A stretch of 64,000 nucleotides of DNA, taken from positions 8,096,001 to 8,160,000 of the forward strand of contig OZ244207.1 of NCBI GenBank assembly GCA_965216875.1, read 5' to 3'. Below are positions 38,401-48,466 of the stretch, piece after piece (positions within the stretch are counted from its first letter, which is position 1; each line of letters opens with the position of its first letter). The notes below the pieces were generated by a model. It was not told where the DNA came from. It worked only from the letters and a program-made list of their open reading frames with translations, and searched no databases. This stretch comes from Rubripirellula sp. Its GTDB lineage: Bacteria > Planctomycetota > Planctomycetia > Pirellulales > Pirellulaceae. The position numbers and the translations under genes are program-made.

Positions 38401-39234
38401 ATGGACTACATCGATCCCCACATTCACATGGTTTCTCGAATCACGGACGACTATGCGACGCTTGCTCGCATGGGGTGCGTTGCGATGAGCGAGCCAGCGT
38501 TCTGGGCAGGTTTTGATCGCGGGAGCGTTGACGGGTTTCGTGACTACTTCCACCAGTTGACTGATGTCGAACCCAAACGTGCCGCTCAGTACGGCATTCA
38601 GCACTTCACTTGGCTTTGCATCAACGCCAAGGAAGCTGAAAACGTGTCGCTGTCGCGCGAAGTGATCGCGATGATTCCTGAGTTTCTCGATAAGCCCAAT
38701 GTGTTGGGTATCGGTGAGATCGGTCTGAACAAGAATACGAAGAACGAAGCGACGGTCTTTCTCGAGCACGTCGATCTTGCGGTCAAGTACGACCAATCAA
38801 TCTTGATTCATACTCCGCATCTCGAAGACAAGTTCCAGGGGACGAAGATGATCCTGGACATGTTGTGTGACGACTCGCGGATCGATCGTGGCCGCGTGCT
38901 TGTCGATCACGTCGAAGAACACACGATCGCCGAAGTGCTTGATCGCGGTTTCTGGGCCGGAATGACTCTTTATCCGGTCACCAAGTGCACGCCCGAAAGA
39001 GCTGTCGACATGATCGAAGCCACCAATGGGGAGAGATTGCTCGCCAATTCGGCCGGGGATTGGGGGCCAAGCAAGCCGACAGCCGTGCCGGATTTGATTT
39101 TCGAAATGCGTCGTCGCGGCCACAGCGAATCGCTGATCCGGAAAGTGGTCTACGAGAATCCGATCGAATTCTTCTCGCAGAGCAAGAATTTTCATTTCAC
39201 GCCAAGAGATGCGGGGCTGGAACCAGCAAACTAG
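38401..39234 (+). CDS. TatD-related metallohydrolase (EboB-like)
   Basis: IDPHIHMVSRITDDY, EPAFW, GIGEIGL, IHTPH, VDHVEE, NSAGDWG.S.P.AVP. Confidence 0.85.
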   Translation: MDYIDPHIHMVSRITDDYATLARMGCVAMSEPAFWAGFDRGSVDGFRDYFHQLTDVEPKRAAQYGIQHFTWLCINAKEAENVSLSREVIAMIPEFLDKPNVLGIGEIGLNKNTKNEATVFLEHVDLAVKYDQSILIHTPHLEDKFQGTKMILDMLCDDSRIDRGRVLVDHVEEHTIAEVLDRGFWAGMTLYPVTKCTPERAVDMIEATNGERLLANSAGDWGPSKPTAVPDLIFEMRRRGHSESLIRKVVYENPIEFFSQSKNFHFTPRDAGLEPAN

Positions 39235-39245
39235 CAAAAACTCTA

Positions 39246-39317
39246 TGAGCCGTACGCGCTAGCGTCGGGCCTTGCACTCCTTTTCATCTCGTAGGGCCCG
39301 ACGCTAGCGCGTTCGGC
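39246..39317. repeat. Inverted pair of family A REP-like repeats
   Basis: TGAGCCGTACGCGCTAGCGTCGGGCC ... GGCCCGACGCTAGCGCGTTCGGC. Confidence 0.85.
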
Positions 39318-39470
39318 AAGACACAGCCTGGAAAAAAGGTGCGTGCAAGCGCACACACTACCTGTTTGCATCTCCGGGGCTTCTCTGAACTTCGACTTCG
39401 GTCGATTCGCCGCGTTTGCTAGACTGCGGGCCAATGTGGGCAGCCCAATTGGCCATGATGGCACGGATTA

Positions 39471-41660
39471 ATGAGTCAAGACTCCGACCAAGGAAATCGC
39501 TTCGGAACCTTTGCCGGGGTCTTCACGCCATGCGTGTTGACGATCCTCGGCGTGATCATGTTCTTGAGGTTTGGGTACGTCGTCGGTCAGGCTGGCGTGA
39601 TGGCAACGATCTTGATCGTGCTTGCCAGTAAGATCATCACCACGCTCACCTCATTATCACTCTCGGCGATCGCAACCAACACACGCGTCGAAGGTGGTGG
39701 TGCCTACTTTCTGATCAGCCGAAGTCTGGGGCCGGAGTTTGGCGGTGCGATTGGGTTGCTGTTCTTTGCTGCTCAAGCGTTATCGGTCGCACTTTACGTG
39801 ATCGGTTTTACTGAGGCGCTTGTCCAATACTTGCCTGACGGAACATCGCCCGTTCTCGTCGCGACGCTGACCAACATTGCGGTCTTTGCATGTGTCGCCG
39901 TGGGAGCCGGTTGGACGATCAAGATTCAATTTGTCATCTTGGCAACGGTCATCGTTTCGTTGGTGTCGTTTTACCTTGGCGCAATCCAATCGTTCGACTT
40001 CAACTTGCTTGCCGTCAATATGGAGTCGGGATATCGCGAAGGTGTCGACTTCTGGATGATGTTCGCGCTCTTTTTCCCTGCGGTGACGGGCATCATGGCG
40101 GGGGCAAATATGTCAGGCGATCTCAAAGAACCGGCACGTGCGATTCCGACCGGCACGCTGATGGCCGTTTTTGTGACCGGGATCGTTTACCTCAGCCAGG
40201 CGGTGATGTTGGGTGGATCGCGGACGCGCAGCGATCTGATCGATGACTCGTTGATCATCGAAGACATCGCATTGCTCCCGGCGTTGATTGTTGCAGGTGT
40301 TTTTGCCGCGACCCTTTCATCCGCGCTCGGCAGCATGATGGGCGCTCCGCGTATTCTGCAGTCGCTAGCACGCGATCGCCTGTTCAAATCGCTCACGTTG
40401 TTTGGTGCCCAGTCGGGTCGAAACCGCGAACCGCGTCGTGCGATCCTCGCGACCTTTATGATTTCGCAAGCCGGTATCTTTCTAGCGGACCTGAACACGA
40501 TCGCCCCTCTGATCACGATGGCCTTCCTGGTCACGTATGGTCTTCTCAATCTTGCGACATTCTACGAAGCGATCACAAAAAACCCGAGTTATCGGCCGCA
40601 ATTCAAGTTTTGTCATTGGTCCACCTCGCTCGCCGGTGCGATCGGGTGTGGCATCGTGATGATGTTGATCGATTGGCGTTGGGCGCTGGCTGCATCAGGA
40701 ATTGTCGGCGCGATGCACTGGTACCTTTCGCGGATCAAGTTGTCGGCCGGATGGGGCAATTTGCAAAGTGGCTACCTGTTCGAAAAGACACGCCGCAATC
40801 TGTTGCGGCTTGAGGACGAACTGTACCACCCCAAGAATTGGCGTCCTTTTGTTCTGGCGCTGAGCGGCACGGGATTCAGTCGTCTTTACCTGGTTGTGTT
40901 CGGAAGCTGGTTAACGTCCGACACTGGGATTCTGGCTCTGGGGCAAGTCATTCCTGGCGAACTTGATGATCGCAACGAGCGACGCGTGTCGCAGGAAAAG
41001 ATTTTGCACAACATGATCAAAGAGCGATCGCTCAGTGCCTTTCCCGCGGTGGTCGTTTCGTCGGATTATGTGACGGGCGTCGAAGCGCTTGTGCAGTGTC
41101 AGGGACTGGGACGTTTGCGTCCCAATATTGTGCTGTTGGGATGCCCGCTTTCGGCCGATCGAATGCGCGTCTTTGCAAAACTGCTCCGCAACCTCGATGG
41201 GCTTGGCCGCAGTGTTGTGATCCTCCGACGCAATGACGATCCCGACGACGAGTGGTCGGCGCCAAGCGGGACGGTCGATGTTTGGTGGCGCGGTCGTGCC
41301 AACGGCGAACTCATGGTGTTGCTCGCCCATTTGGTTCTCAATCATCCGCAGTGGCAAGGGCGTCGTTTGCGACTGTTGCGCGTCGTTGACAACGAAGCCG
41401 GAATGGATGAGGTGAACGCCCACCTGCAAAACCTCTTGAAGGAAGCTCGCATCAAAGGGACGACCAAAGTGGTGGTGTCCAACGATCCAGCGACCGCGAT
41501 TCAGACAACCAGTCGCGATGCTGCCTTCGTTTTTCTCGGTTACCAAACGCCGGCACCTAATCAGGAAGACGAGTTCTTTGAACGAACCGAACGTCTGATT
41601 GGAGGCCTGCCACGCGTTGCACTGGTCCGAAGCGCGGGTGGAATGCGTTTGGAATCGTAG
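39471..41660 (+). CDS. Cation-chloride cotransporter (SLC12/CCC-like) APC-family permease
   Basis: GVFTPCVLTILGVIMFLR, LSAIATN, GGGAYFLISRSLGPEFGGAIG, FFPAVTGIMAGANMSGDLK, KNWRP, LRPN, DVWW. Confidence 0.88.
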   Translation: MSQDSDQGNRFGTFAGVFTPCVLTILGVIMFLRFGYVVGQAGVMATILIVLASKIITTLTSLSLSAIATNTRVEGGGAYFLISRSLGPEFGGAIGLLFFAAQALSVALYVIGFTEALVQYLPDGTSPVLVATLTNIAVFACVAVGAGWTIKIQFVILATVIVSLVSFYLGAIQSFDFNLLAVNMESGYREGVDFWMMFALFFPAVTGIMAGANMSGDLKEPARAIPTGTLMAVFVTGIVYLSQAVMLGGSRTRSDLIDDSLIIEDIALLPALIVAGVFAATLSSALGSMMGAPRILQSLARDRLFKSLTLFGAQSGRNREPRRAILATFMISQAGIFLADLNTIAPLITMAFLVTYGLLNLATFYEAITKNPSYRPQFKFCHWSTSLAGAIGCGIVMMLIDWRWALAASGIVGAMHWYLSRIKLSAGWGNLQSGYLFEKTRRNLLRLEDELYHPKNWRPFVLALSGTGFSRLYLVVFGSWLTSDTGILALGQVIPGELDDRNERRVSQEKILHNMIKERSLSAFPAVVVSSDYVTGVEALVQCQGLGRLRPNIVLLGCPLSADRMRVFAKLLRNLDGLGRSVVILRRNDDPDDEWSAPSGTVDVWWRGRANGELMVLLAHLVLNHPQWQGRRLRLLRVVDNEAGMDEVNAHLQNLLKEARIKGTTKVVVSNDPATAIQTTSRDAAFVFLGYQTPAPNQEDEFFERTERLIGGLPRVALVRSAGGMRLES

Positions 41661-41682
41661 AGGGGAGCGAGGGCGTTCAAAA

Positions 41683-41900
41683 GTCGCCTTTCGCTCCTAC
41701 GTTAGGATTTTTGAATGTCGCCTTTCGCTCCGCGAAAGTTGCGTTTGCGTGCGCTACTTTCGCGGAGCGAAAGGCGACGATGTTGAAGCTCGGATGACGC
41801 GAAACCACAAATGCTCTATGTGAGCCGAACGCGCTTGTAGCGTCGGGCCTTGCACTCTTTTTCGCGCAAGGAGCCCGATCGCTCACGCGATCACGGCTCA
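41683..41900. repeat. Family E palindrome plus degenerate family A pair between convergent genes
   Basis: GTCGCCTTTCGCTCCGCGAAAG..CTTTCGCGGAGCGAAAGGCGAC 41717-41778, partial copy at 41683; A-like pair 41821-41900. Confidence 0.82.
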
Positions 41901-41915
41901 GCGCAGGCGTCTGGT

Positions 41916-43259
41916 CTAGACCTTTAGCACACCGTTGCTGTCGCCAAATTTGTTGGTCTTGGCGCCCATCTGTTGCATCATCCAAGTGTAGAGGTTGCAC
42001 AGCGGAGTGCCGTTCTTGTAGCGGATGTGGCGGCCTGTACGAATTCGCTTGCCAGCTGAACCGGCAAGGATGATCGGCAAGTTGTCGTGATTGTGCCGAT
42101 CGCCATCACTGATGCCACTGCCGTAGACAATCATGCTGTTGTCCAACAGAGTGCCGTTGGCTTCAGAGACTTGTTTCAAACGCGACAAAAGGTATTCGAA
42201 ACGGTCGATTTGGAAACGATTGATCTTGGCGATGTTCTCTTGCTTGTGAGGACTCTTGCCATGGTGAGATGATTCATGATGCCCTTCGCTGACGCCGATT
42301 TCGGGATAGCTGCGGTTGCTACCTGCGTTGGTGAACATGAAGGAGATGATTCGCGTGCTGTCGGTTTGCATCGCAAGCGTGATCATGTCCATCATCAATT
42401 CACTGTGCTTGGTCAGTTCACGTGGGACACCACTGGGGCGTGGATAGTCGGGGACGCCCTCTTCGGTCATCGTCAATCGATCGGCACCCGCGAGTCGCTT
42501 CTCGACGTCGCGGACAGCGTACAGGTATTCATCCAACTTGCGGCGATCGATCTCAGGCAATTCCTTGTGCAAACGTTTTGCGTCGTCGAGGACAAAATCG
42601 AGCACACTCTTGCGGTACTTTTCGCGAACGCTTTTTGCACGCCGCGTTTCTTTGACGGTTTGCCCGGCGAACAGCCGATCGAACAAGGCTCCTGGATCGG
42701 TTTCTTTTGCAACAGGATTGGTTGGTCCGCGCCACGACATGTTCGACGCGTAGGCACAGCTGTAACCGCTGTCGCAGTTGCCGGCTTGGGCGCTTGCTTC
42801 GAGACCAAGTTCAAGCGACGCGAAACGAGTCGCATCGCCGACGTACTGGGCTGTCGCCTGGTCGACGGAGATGCCGTTTTGAATGTCGGCGCCGTTCGTT
42901 TTGCGCGGATGAGCACCAGTCAAGAACGCGGCCACACTTCTCGCATGATCCCCACCGCCATCGCCATGGGCGCGAGCTCCATCGAGCGTCAAACCGGTAA
43001 GCACATTGAAGTCATCTTTGTGTTTGGCCAGGCGTTGTAGCGTTGGCGGCAGATCGAATCGCGTCCCGTCCTTTGCGGGCGTCCAATCGGGCATGTGCAT
43101 CCCGTTGGGCACGTAGAAGAAGGCCATCCGTACCGGTGGACGACCCGCCGGGCCAGCAGCGGAAAGCAAGCGTGTCGGCGACATGACCTCCAACATCGGC
43201 AGTGCCATCGCTGTGCCCATTCCTCGCAACACCGTTCGGCGTGACAGACTTTTTGGCAT
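41916..43259 (-). CDS. DUF1552 domain protein
   Basis: LSRRTVLRG, FFYVPNG, GISVDQ, CDSGYSCAY, TDSTRI, HESSHH, HNHDNLP. Confidence 0.92.
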   Translation of the reverse strand: MPKSLSRRTVLRGMGTAMALPMLEVMSPTRLLSAAGPAGRPPVRMAFFYVPNGMHMPDWTPAKDGTRFDLPPTLQRLAKHKDDFNVLTGLTLDGARAHGDGGGDHARSVAAFLTGAHPRKTNGADIQNGISVDQATAQYVGDATRFASLELGLEASAQAGNCDSGYSCAYASNMSWRGPTNPVAKETDPGALFDRLFAGQTVKETRRAKSVREKYRKSVLDFVLDDAKRLHKELPEIDRRKLDEYLYAVRDVEKRLAGADRLTMTEEGVPDYPRPSGVPRELTKHSELMMDMITLAMQTDSTRIISFMFTNAGSNRSYPEIGVSEGHHESSHHGKSPHKQENIAKINRFQIDRFEYLLSRLKQVSEANGTLLDNSMIVYGSGISDGDRHNHDNLPIILAGSAGKRIRTGRHIRYKNGTPLCNLYTWMMQQMGAKTNKFGDSNGVLKV

Positions 43260-43263
43260 CGTT

Positions 43264-45582
43264 CTAATCTCGCTGGCCCTGTTTTTGGAAAGGATCGCTG
43301 GAGACAATTCCGGCGATCAGATAGGCAAACTTGTAGTCGTGATCATTTGCGTAAGCGACAATTTCGTCGATCGCGCATTTGTCGTAGTACTCGGTCCCGC
43401 GCCCGATCGCGTAGGTCATCATCTTTTCGGTGACGCAACGAACGAATTGTTCGCCCCTTTGTTCGGCAAGCAACTTGCGTAGGTCACCAACGCCTGCGAA
43501 TTGGGTTCCGTCCGGGAGTTTTCCGGAAGCGTCGACCGGTCGACCACCTTCTTTGGAACGCCAGCGACCAACCGCATCAAAGTTCTCGAGTGCAAACCCG
43601 AGTGGGTCCATCATGTTGTGGCAGGCCGCGCAGGCTGGGTTCTCGCGGTGCTGTTCCATCCGCTCACGTAGCGTTCCCACCAAGCGACTCTTTTCGAGTT
43701 CCGGAACGTTCGGTGGGGCTGGTGGCGGCGGAGTGTTGAGCAGGTTGTCCAAAATCCACTTGCCGCGTTTAACAGGACTTGTTCGCGTGGGGTTGCTTGT
43801 TACCGTCAGGACGCTGGCATGGGTCAGCAGGCCGCCTCGCTGGGTCCCTTCGAGCGAAACCGCGCGGAAGTTGTCTCCCGTGACACCTTGGATTCCGTAA
43901 AAACGTGCGAGGTCTTCGTTGAGGTAGGTGAAGTTTGCATCGATCAGCGTCGTGACCGGCATGTTTCGACGCATGACCGCGGCAAAGAAGGTCAACGTTT
44001 CTTCACGCATCAGGTCGCGAATGTTGTCGTTGTAGCCTCGGAAGATCTTTGTGTCGGGTTTGACGTTGTCGAGGTTACGAAGTTGCAGCCATTGGCCCGC
44101 AAAATTTTCGATGAACTGGTTGGCACGTCGATCTTGCATCATGCGACCGATTTTGTCCAACAGACGTTTTTGGTCCCGCAGTTGTTTGTTGTGCGCTAGT
44201 AGCAGCAGCTCGTCGTCCGGCATGCTGCTCCAAAGAAAATAAGAAATCCGAGTGGCGAGTTCGTAGTCGTTGATCGGCGGCATCTCGCCGTCCGGGCCGA
44301 GCTTGCGCGGCTGTTCGACTTTGAAGAGGAAGTGGGGCGAAACCAGGATCGCCTGCATCGCGACCTGAATGCTCTCTTCAAACGATCCGCCGTCTTGGCG
44401 CACTTGCGATGCGAGTGCAACCAAGCGTTGGGTTTCGGAAGGTGTTGCGGGGCGGCGAAACGCGCGACTCGCAAAACGACCAAGGACTTGAGCTGCTGCC
44501 TGATCAGGCGTCGTGTTTTGATCGGGCGTCTTGAAGATGATTTTCCGATGACTCAGGGGCAAGTCGTGGTCGGAAACGATCGACAACCGTTCTTGTTGAC
44601 CGCGAATGTTGACGTGATGAATGTGGAGGTTGCGGTCCGCTTTTCCAGCGACATAGTAGTCGTTGATAAAGCTCATCTCGATCTTGCGTTGTCCACGGCC
44701 AAGACGAAAGCGAACTTCGTATTGTTCGGCGGTTTTCTTAGGAACGTTGATGATCCGTTTTGTCTTGCCGTACTTCACCTCCATCTTGACCGGCTCGTCA
44801 CCACCTTGATCACCGCTGGCCGTGATGGTGAATGTGTACAAACCGGCAAATGGAAAATCGGTTTGTACTGCGACGGTGCCCTGGCTAGCGAGACTGGCTC
44901 GACTTCCACGAAGGAACTTTTCGACGCCAATGAAAGACGATGGCGCTTTGTCGAGTTCAAAGATCTCGGGTGGCGGCGGTGTGTAAATTGCTTTGCCCGA
45001 AATGTATTCAGCAGCGTCGAGGTACTTTTCCATCAACAAAGGTGGCAAGGAAAGAACATCGCCAATGTTATCGAAACCGTACCCGACATCATCTCCGGGA
45101 AAGCCTTTGGCAGGTTTGTAGTCGACGCCGGTCAGGTCGCGAATGGTGTTGCGATACTCGGCGCGGTTTAATCGACGCATCGCAACCTTGCCGGCGTTTG
45201 GGTTGCGAACGCAGTTGACCGAATTGGCAAGATCGTCAATCAGGTCGCCAAGCCGCTTGCGAGTTTCGGGATCGATCGCGTCGCCATCTTCAGGTGGCAT
45301 CGTTCCCAGCCGAACTTGCGCAGCAGCGCGGACCCAGATCTTTCGATGCGACAGGATGGCGTCGGCTGAATCATCCTCCGAAAGCGCGATCTCCGACCCG
45401 GCGTCGTGACAGTCGTAGCAATAGGTGCGAAGCAGCGGCAGCAGTTGGTCGCGGAAAACCTGCTCGTGACCGGCATCGCCATAAGACCGACTCGCGCACA
45501 CTGATAGCGAGACGACCGCTGTGATCAGCAAACCGATTCGTGTTTTGCGGGAAGTGAGGCGGGGGATGGCGGGGATTCGCAT
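43264..45582 (-). CDS. DUF1587/1595/1592/1588/1585 planctomycete cytochrome protein
   Basis: CYDCH, RRLNRAEYRNTIRDL, GFDNIG, RAFRRP, ELATRISYFLWSSMPD, TSPVKRGKW, CAACH, FALENFDAVG. Confidence 0.92.
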   Translation of the reverse strand: MRIPAIPRLTSRKTRIGLLITAVVSLSVCASRSYGDAGHEQVFRDQLLPLLRTYCYDCHDAGSEIALSEDDSADAILSHRKIWVRAAAQVRLGTMPPEDGDAIDPETRKRLGDLIDDLANSVNCVRNPNAGKVAMRRLNRAEYRNTIRDLTGVDYKPAKGFPGDDVGYGFDNIGDVLSLPPLLMEKYLDAAEYISGKAIYTPPPPEIFELDKAPSSFIGVEKFLRGSRASLASQGTVAVQTDFPFAGLYTFTITASGDQGGDEPVKMEVKYGKTKRIINVPKKTAEQYEVRFRLGRGQRKIEMSFINDYYVAGKADRNLHIHHVNIRGQQERLSIVSDHDLPLSHRKIIFKTPDQNTTPDQAAAQVLGRFASRAFRRPATPSETQRLVALASQVRQDGGSFEESIQVAMQAILVSPHFLFKVEQPRKLGPDGEMPPINDYELATRISYFLWSSMPDDELLLLAHNKQLRDQKRLLDKIGRMMQDRRANQFIENFAGQWLQLRNLDNVKPDTKIFRGYNDNIRDLMREETLTFFAAVMRRNMPVTTLIDANFTYLNEDLARFYGIQGVTGDNFRAVSLEGTQRGGLLTHASVLTVTSNPTRTSPVKRGKWILDNLLNTPPPPAPPNVPELEKSRLVGTLRERMEQHRENPACAACHNMMDPLGFALENFDAVGRWRSKEGGRPVDASGKLPDGTQFAGVGDLRKLLAEQRGEQFVRCVTEKMMTYAIGRGTEYYDKCAIDEIVAYANDHDYKFAYLIAGIVSSDPFQKQGQRD

Positions 45583-45791
45583 CGTGGCTAGATGTTACTG
45601 TACATAGGTCATGGATGCATGACGGCGAACAGGGATGGGCTGCTCTGTTAACTTCAGTCGCACGACCTACATTTTGACGCAATCAGACCGATTTCATCTC
45701 TCCGTTTCGCTTTGCCCGGTCGATTCCGTCCGTGTGAACGTGCGAACCTAACGATCGCAGCGAAAAACGGCTCCCCATGTGGGTGGGTTGT

Positions 45792-46277
45792 TTACTGTTT
45801 TTGGCGGACCGATTCGGCGTCCACGGTGTAGCCCGCACCACTTTGGGCGGTTTCGCGGTAAGCCGACTGGTCGCCAAAATCACCCGGTTGCGGCCCCATC
45901 GAACCGATCTGAACGTTGAACCGCTGAGCATAACGCGACAGAACGAGGCGTCGCATCAACTCGCGTCCTGGTGGGATCAGCAAAAGGAAGCCAAAGGCGT
46001 CGGTCAGGAGCCCCGGCGTCAGAAGAAGTGCGGCAGCAAAAACGATCATCAGCCCGTCTTGGATTTCGCGTCCGGGCATACGTCCCTCAGCCAGCGCGGC
46101 GTGAAAACGGGACCATGCATTGAGGCCTTCGCGGCGTGCCAGGGCCGAGCCGATGATGCCTGTAATGATCACGACGGCAAACGTCGTCAACGCGCTGGTC
46201 GCTTCAGCCAATTGCAGCAGTAGGTACAATTCAACCAGCGGAATAACGATGAAGGCCGCAAGAAGTCGAATCAGCAT
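45792..46277 (-). CDS. fxsA: FxsA family membrane protein
   Basis: FIVIPLVELYLL, ARREG, LLLTPGLLTDAFGFLLLIP. Confidence 0.88.
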   Translation of the reverse strand: MLIRLLAAFIVIPLVELYLLLQLAEATSALTTFAVVIITGIIGSALARREGLNAWSRFHAALAEGRMPGREIQDGLMIVFAAALLLTPGLLTDAFGFLLLIPPGRELMRRLVLSRYAQRFNVQIGSMGPQPGDFGDQSAYRETAQSGAGYTVDAESVRQKQ

Positions 46278-46518
46278 GAGTTCATCTTTGAATGTGACGG
46301 TTTCTATTGAGTATTCGATCAGGGCCAAGTGATCTTGGCCAAGCCATCTTGGCAGGTGGCTGGATCGGATGGTTTCAAAAGAGCACGATTCGTACCAAAC
46401 CCCTTCTCGAGTACCCGATTCCGCCGCCTCAACCTTGGTTTAGGTCGTTTGAAGCTCCGAATGGGGCGCCACCACCCTTCCCTCCTGCCGGTTTTTCCGC
46501 TTTTCAAGAGCCCACCCC

Positions 46519-47319
46519 ATGACGTCCAAGACGCTTTTTTCCCTCATCGCTGCACTTCTACTCCTATCGGCACCCGGGTTTGTCACATCAGCCAAAGGGC
46601 AAGAGTCGGGATCGTCGGACGCGAAATCGGGTTCCAAGATCAACGCATTGATGATCTGTGGTGGCTGTTGCCACGACTACAACAACCAAAAGCGAATCAT
46701 CAGTGAAGGACTCAACCAGCGAATCGATCGGCCGATCGATTGGACGATCTTGGAGTACGGCAGCAAACGCGACGTCAAAGCGGACATCTACCAAAAGGCT
46801 GATTGGATCAAAGGCTTTGACATTGTTGTTCACAACGAGTGTTTTGGTGGCATCACCGATGGTGATTTTGTAGAAGGCATCGTCAAAGGGCATGTCGACC
46901 AAGGCGTGCCAGCAATCGTCGTTCACTGCTCGATGCATTCGTATCGCAACGCTCCGACCGCGGACACTTGGCGCGCGTTCCTTGGTGTGACCAGCAAGCG
47001 TCACGAAAAGTCAAAGCACCCGTTGGTCGTGAAGACAACCGAGGCCGGCGCCGACCATGCGATCATGAAATCGGTTGATGGCCAATGGACAACCCCCAAC
47101 GGTGAACTTTACATCATCGAAAAAGTCTGGCCCGAAACGACTGTCTTGGCGAAAGTGTTTAGTGAAGAAACGGAGAAAGAGGAGCCGGTGATCTGGACGA
47201 ACACGTACAAAGGCGTCAAGGTTTTTGGAATCTCATTGGGTCATCACAACGAAACGATGGAAGACCCAACTTGGCAATCCATCGTTGCCCAAGGGTGGCG
47301 ATGGTCGCTCAACAAGTAG
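46519..47319 (+). CDS. ThuA-like (trehalose utilisation) domain protein, secreted
   Basis: Signal peptide, GGCCHDY, VHCSMHSY, ELY, PVIWTN, SLGH. Confidence 0.85.
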   Translation: MTSKTLFSLIAALLLLSAPGFVTSAKGQESGSSDAKSGSKINALMICGGCCHDYNNQKRIISEGLNQRIDRPIDWTILEYGSKRDVKADIYQKADWIKGFDIVVHNECFGGITDGDFVEGIVKGHVDQGVPAIVVHCSMHSYRNAPTADTWRAFLGVTSKRHEKSKHPLVVKTTEAGADHAIMKSVDGQWTTPNGELYIIEKVWPETTVLAKVFSEETEKEEPVIWTNTYKGVKVFGISLGHHNETMEDPTWQSIVAQGWRWSLNK

Positions 47320-47350
47320 TTGACCTACCCAATCGGTTGTAAGCTCGTCA

Positions 47351-48193
47351 GTGTCGGTTGAATACATCTCACTTGTTTCTCGGTCAGCCGGCGAGTTGCA
47401 TGCGCGATTGTGGCATGCATCGGGTGATGCACGTGGCGCCGTCGTTTTCATTCATGGGCTCGGTGACCACATCGGCAGGTACAGCGAGCTTGCCGAGCGG
47501 CTAGCAGACGCGGGCTACTATGTGCTCGCGTTTGACTTGCCCGGTCATGGCAAGTCGCCGGGCGTTCAAGGACGAATCGACAGCTATGACGACATCTTGA
47601 AAGTCATCGCGAAGGCTTCCGTGCAACTTGCTGAATGGTTTCCCGAATTGCCGCAAGTGGTTATCGGTCACAGCATGGGGGGCAACTTCGCGCTCAATTA
47701 TGCGTTGCGACACCATCAATTCGATGGCGTGAAGCCGTCGGCGTTGGTGTTGGTCGGACCGATGCTCCAACCAGACAAGCCACTGCCGAGACCACAGATC
47801 TTTGCCGCATGGTTGACGGGGCGTGTCCTGCCTGGCTTACGCGTTGGCAAACCGGTTGCCATCGAGCAGTTGACGCGTGATGAAGCACTTGGGCAAGCGT
47901 CGCGTGAGGACCCGTTGACCCATTCCAAGATCTCGCTTTACCTGGCCACGCAGCTTGTCGCACAGGGGCGTTTTGCGATTGATCATGCACGCGAACTTGA
48001 CGTCAAAACGATGATCACGTTTGGGGAAGAAGACGAGTTGATCGACCGCGGTGCCTGCGAAAACGTCGCTGTGCGAATTGGCGACAACGCGACGACGCGT
48101 TGTTGGCCCGCGGCAAAGCATGATCTGATTCACGAGATTAATCGCGATGAAATCATCGATTCGTTGATCGCATGGATTGACCGCGCGATTTAA
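47351..48193 (+). CDS. Alpha/beta hydrolase (lysophospholipase-like)
   Basis: IHGLGDHIGRY, DLPGHGKS, GHSMGG nucleophile elbow, C-terminal KHDL. Confidence 0.88.
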   Translation: MSVEYISLVSRSAGELHARLWHASGDARGAVVFIHGLGDHIGRYSELAERLADAGYYVLAFDLPGHGKSPGVQGRIDSYDDILKVIAKASVQLAEWFPELPQVVIGHSMGGNFALNYALRHHQFDGVKPSALVLVGPMLQPDKPLPRPQIFAAWLTGRVLPGLRVGKPVAIEQLTRDEALGQASREDPLTHSKISLYLATQLVAQGRFAIDHARELDVKTMITFGEEDELIDRGACENVAVRIGDNATTRCWPAAKHDLIHEINRDEIIDSLIAWIDRAI

Positions 48194-48205
48194 AATGCCC
48201 TTCCC

Positions 48206-48446
48206 TGAGCCGAACGCGCTAGCGTCGGGCCTTACACTCTATTTCACGTTAGGCAAGCGTTTGTCACGCGGAGCATGGACCTACGGAGAGGACGCGGAGC
48301 GTCCGAAGACCCGTTACCACGCGGAGCGGGGTAACGAGGGCCGAACGGCCGTGAGCCGAACGCGCTAGCGTCGGGCGTTACACAATTGCCTGCCGTCGCC
48401 ACGCTCGCCCGAACGCGGTGGTCCACCTTCTGGCGAAGGTAGCTAC
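48206..48446. repeat. Composite REP-like cluster (A, C, A, B/B') between convergent genes
   Basis: A at 48206 and 48352; C 48290-48341; degenerate B at 48395 and inverted CCACCTTCTGGCGAAGGTAGCTAC 48423-48446. Confidence 0.85.
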
Positions 48447-48466
48447 GGGGCAGAGCCAGCCCTCTC

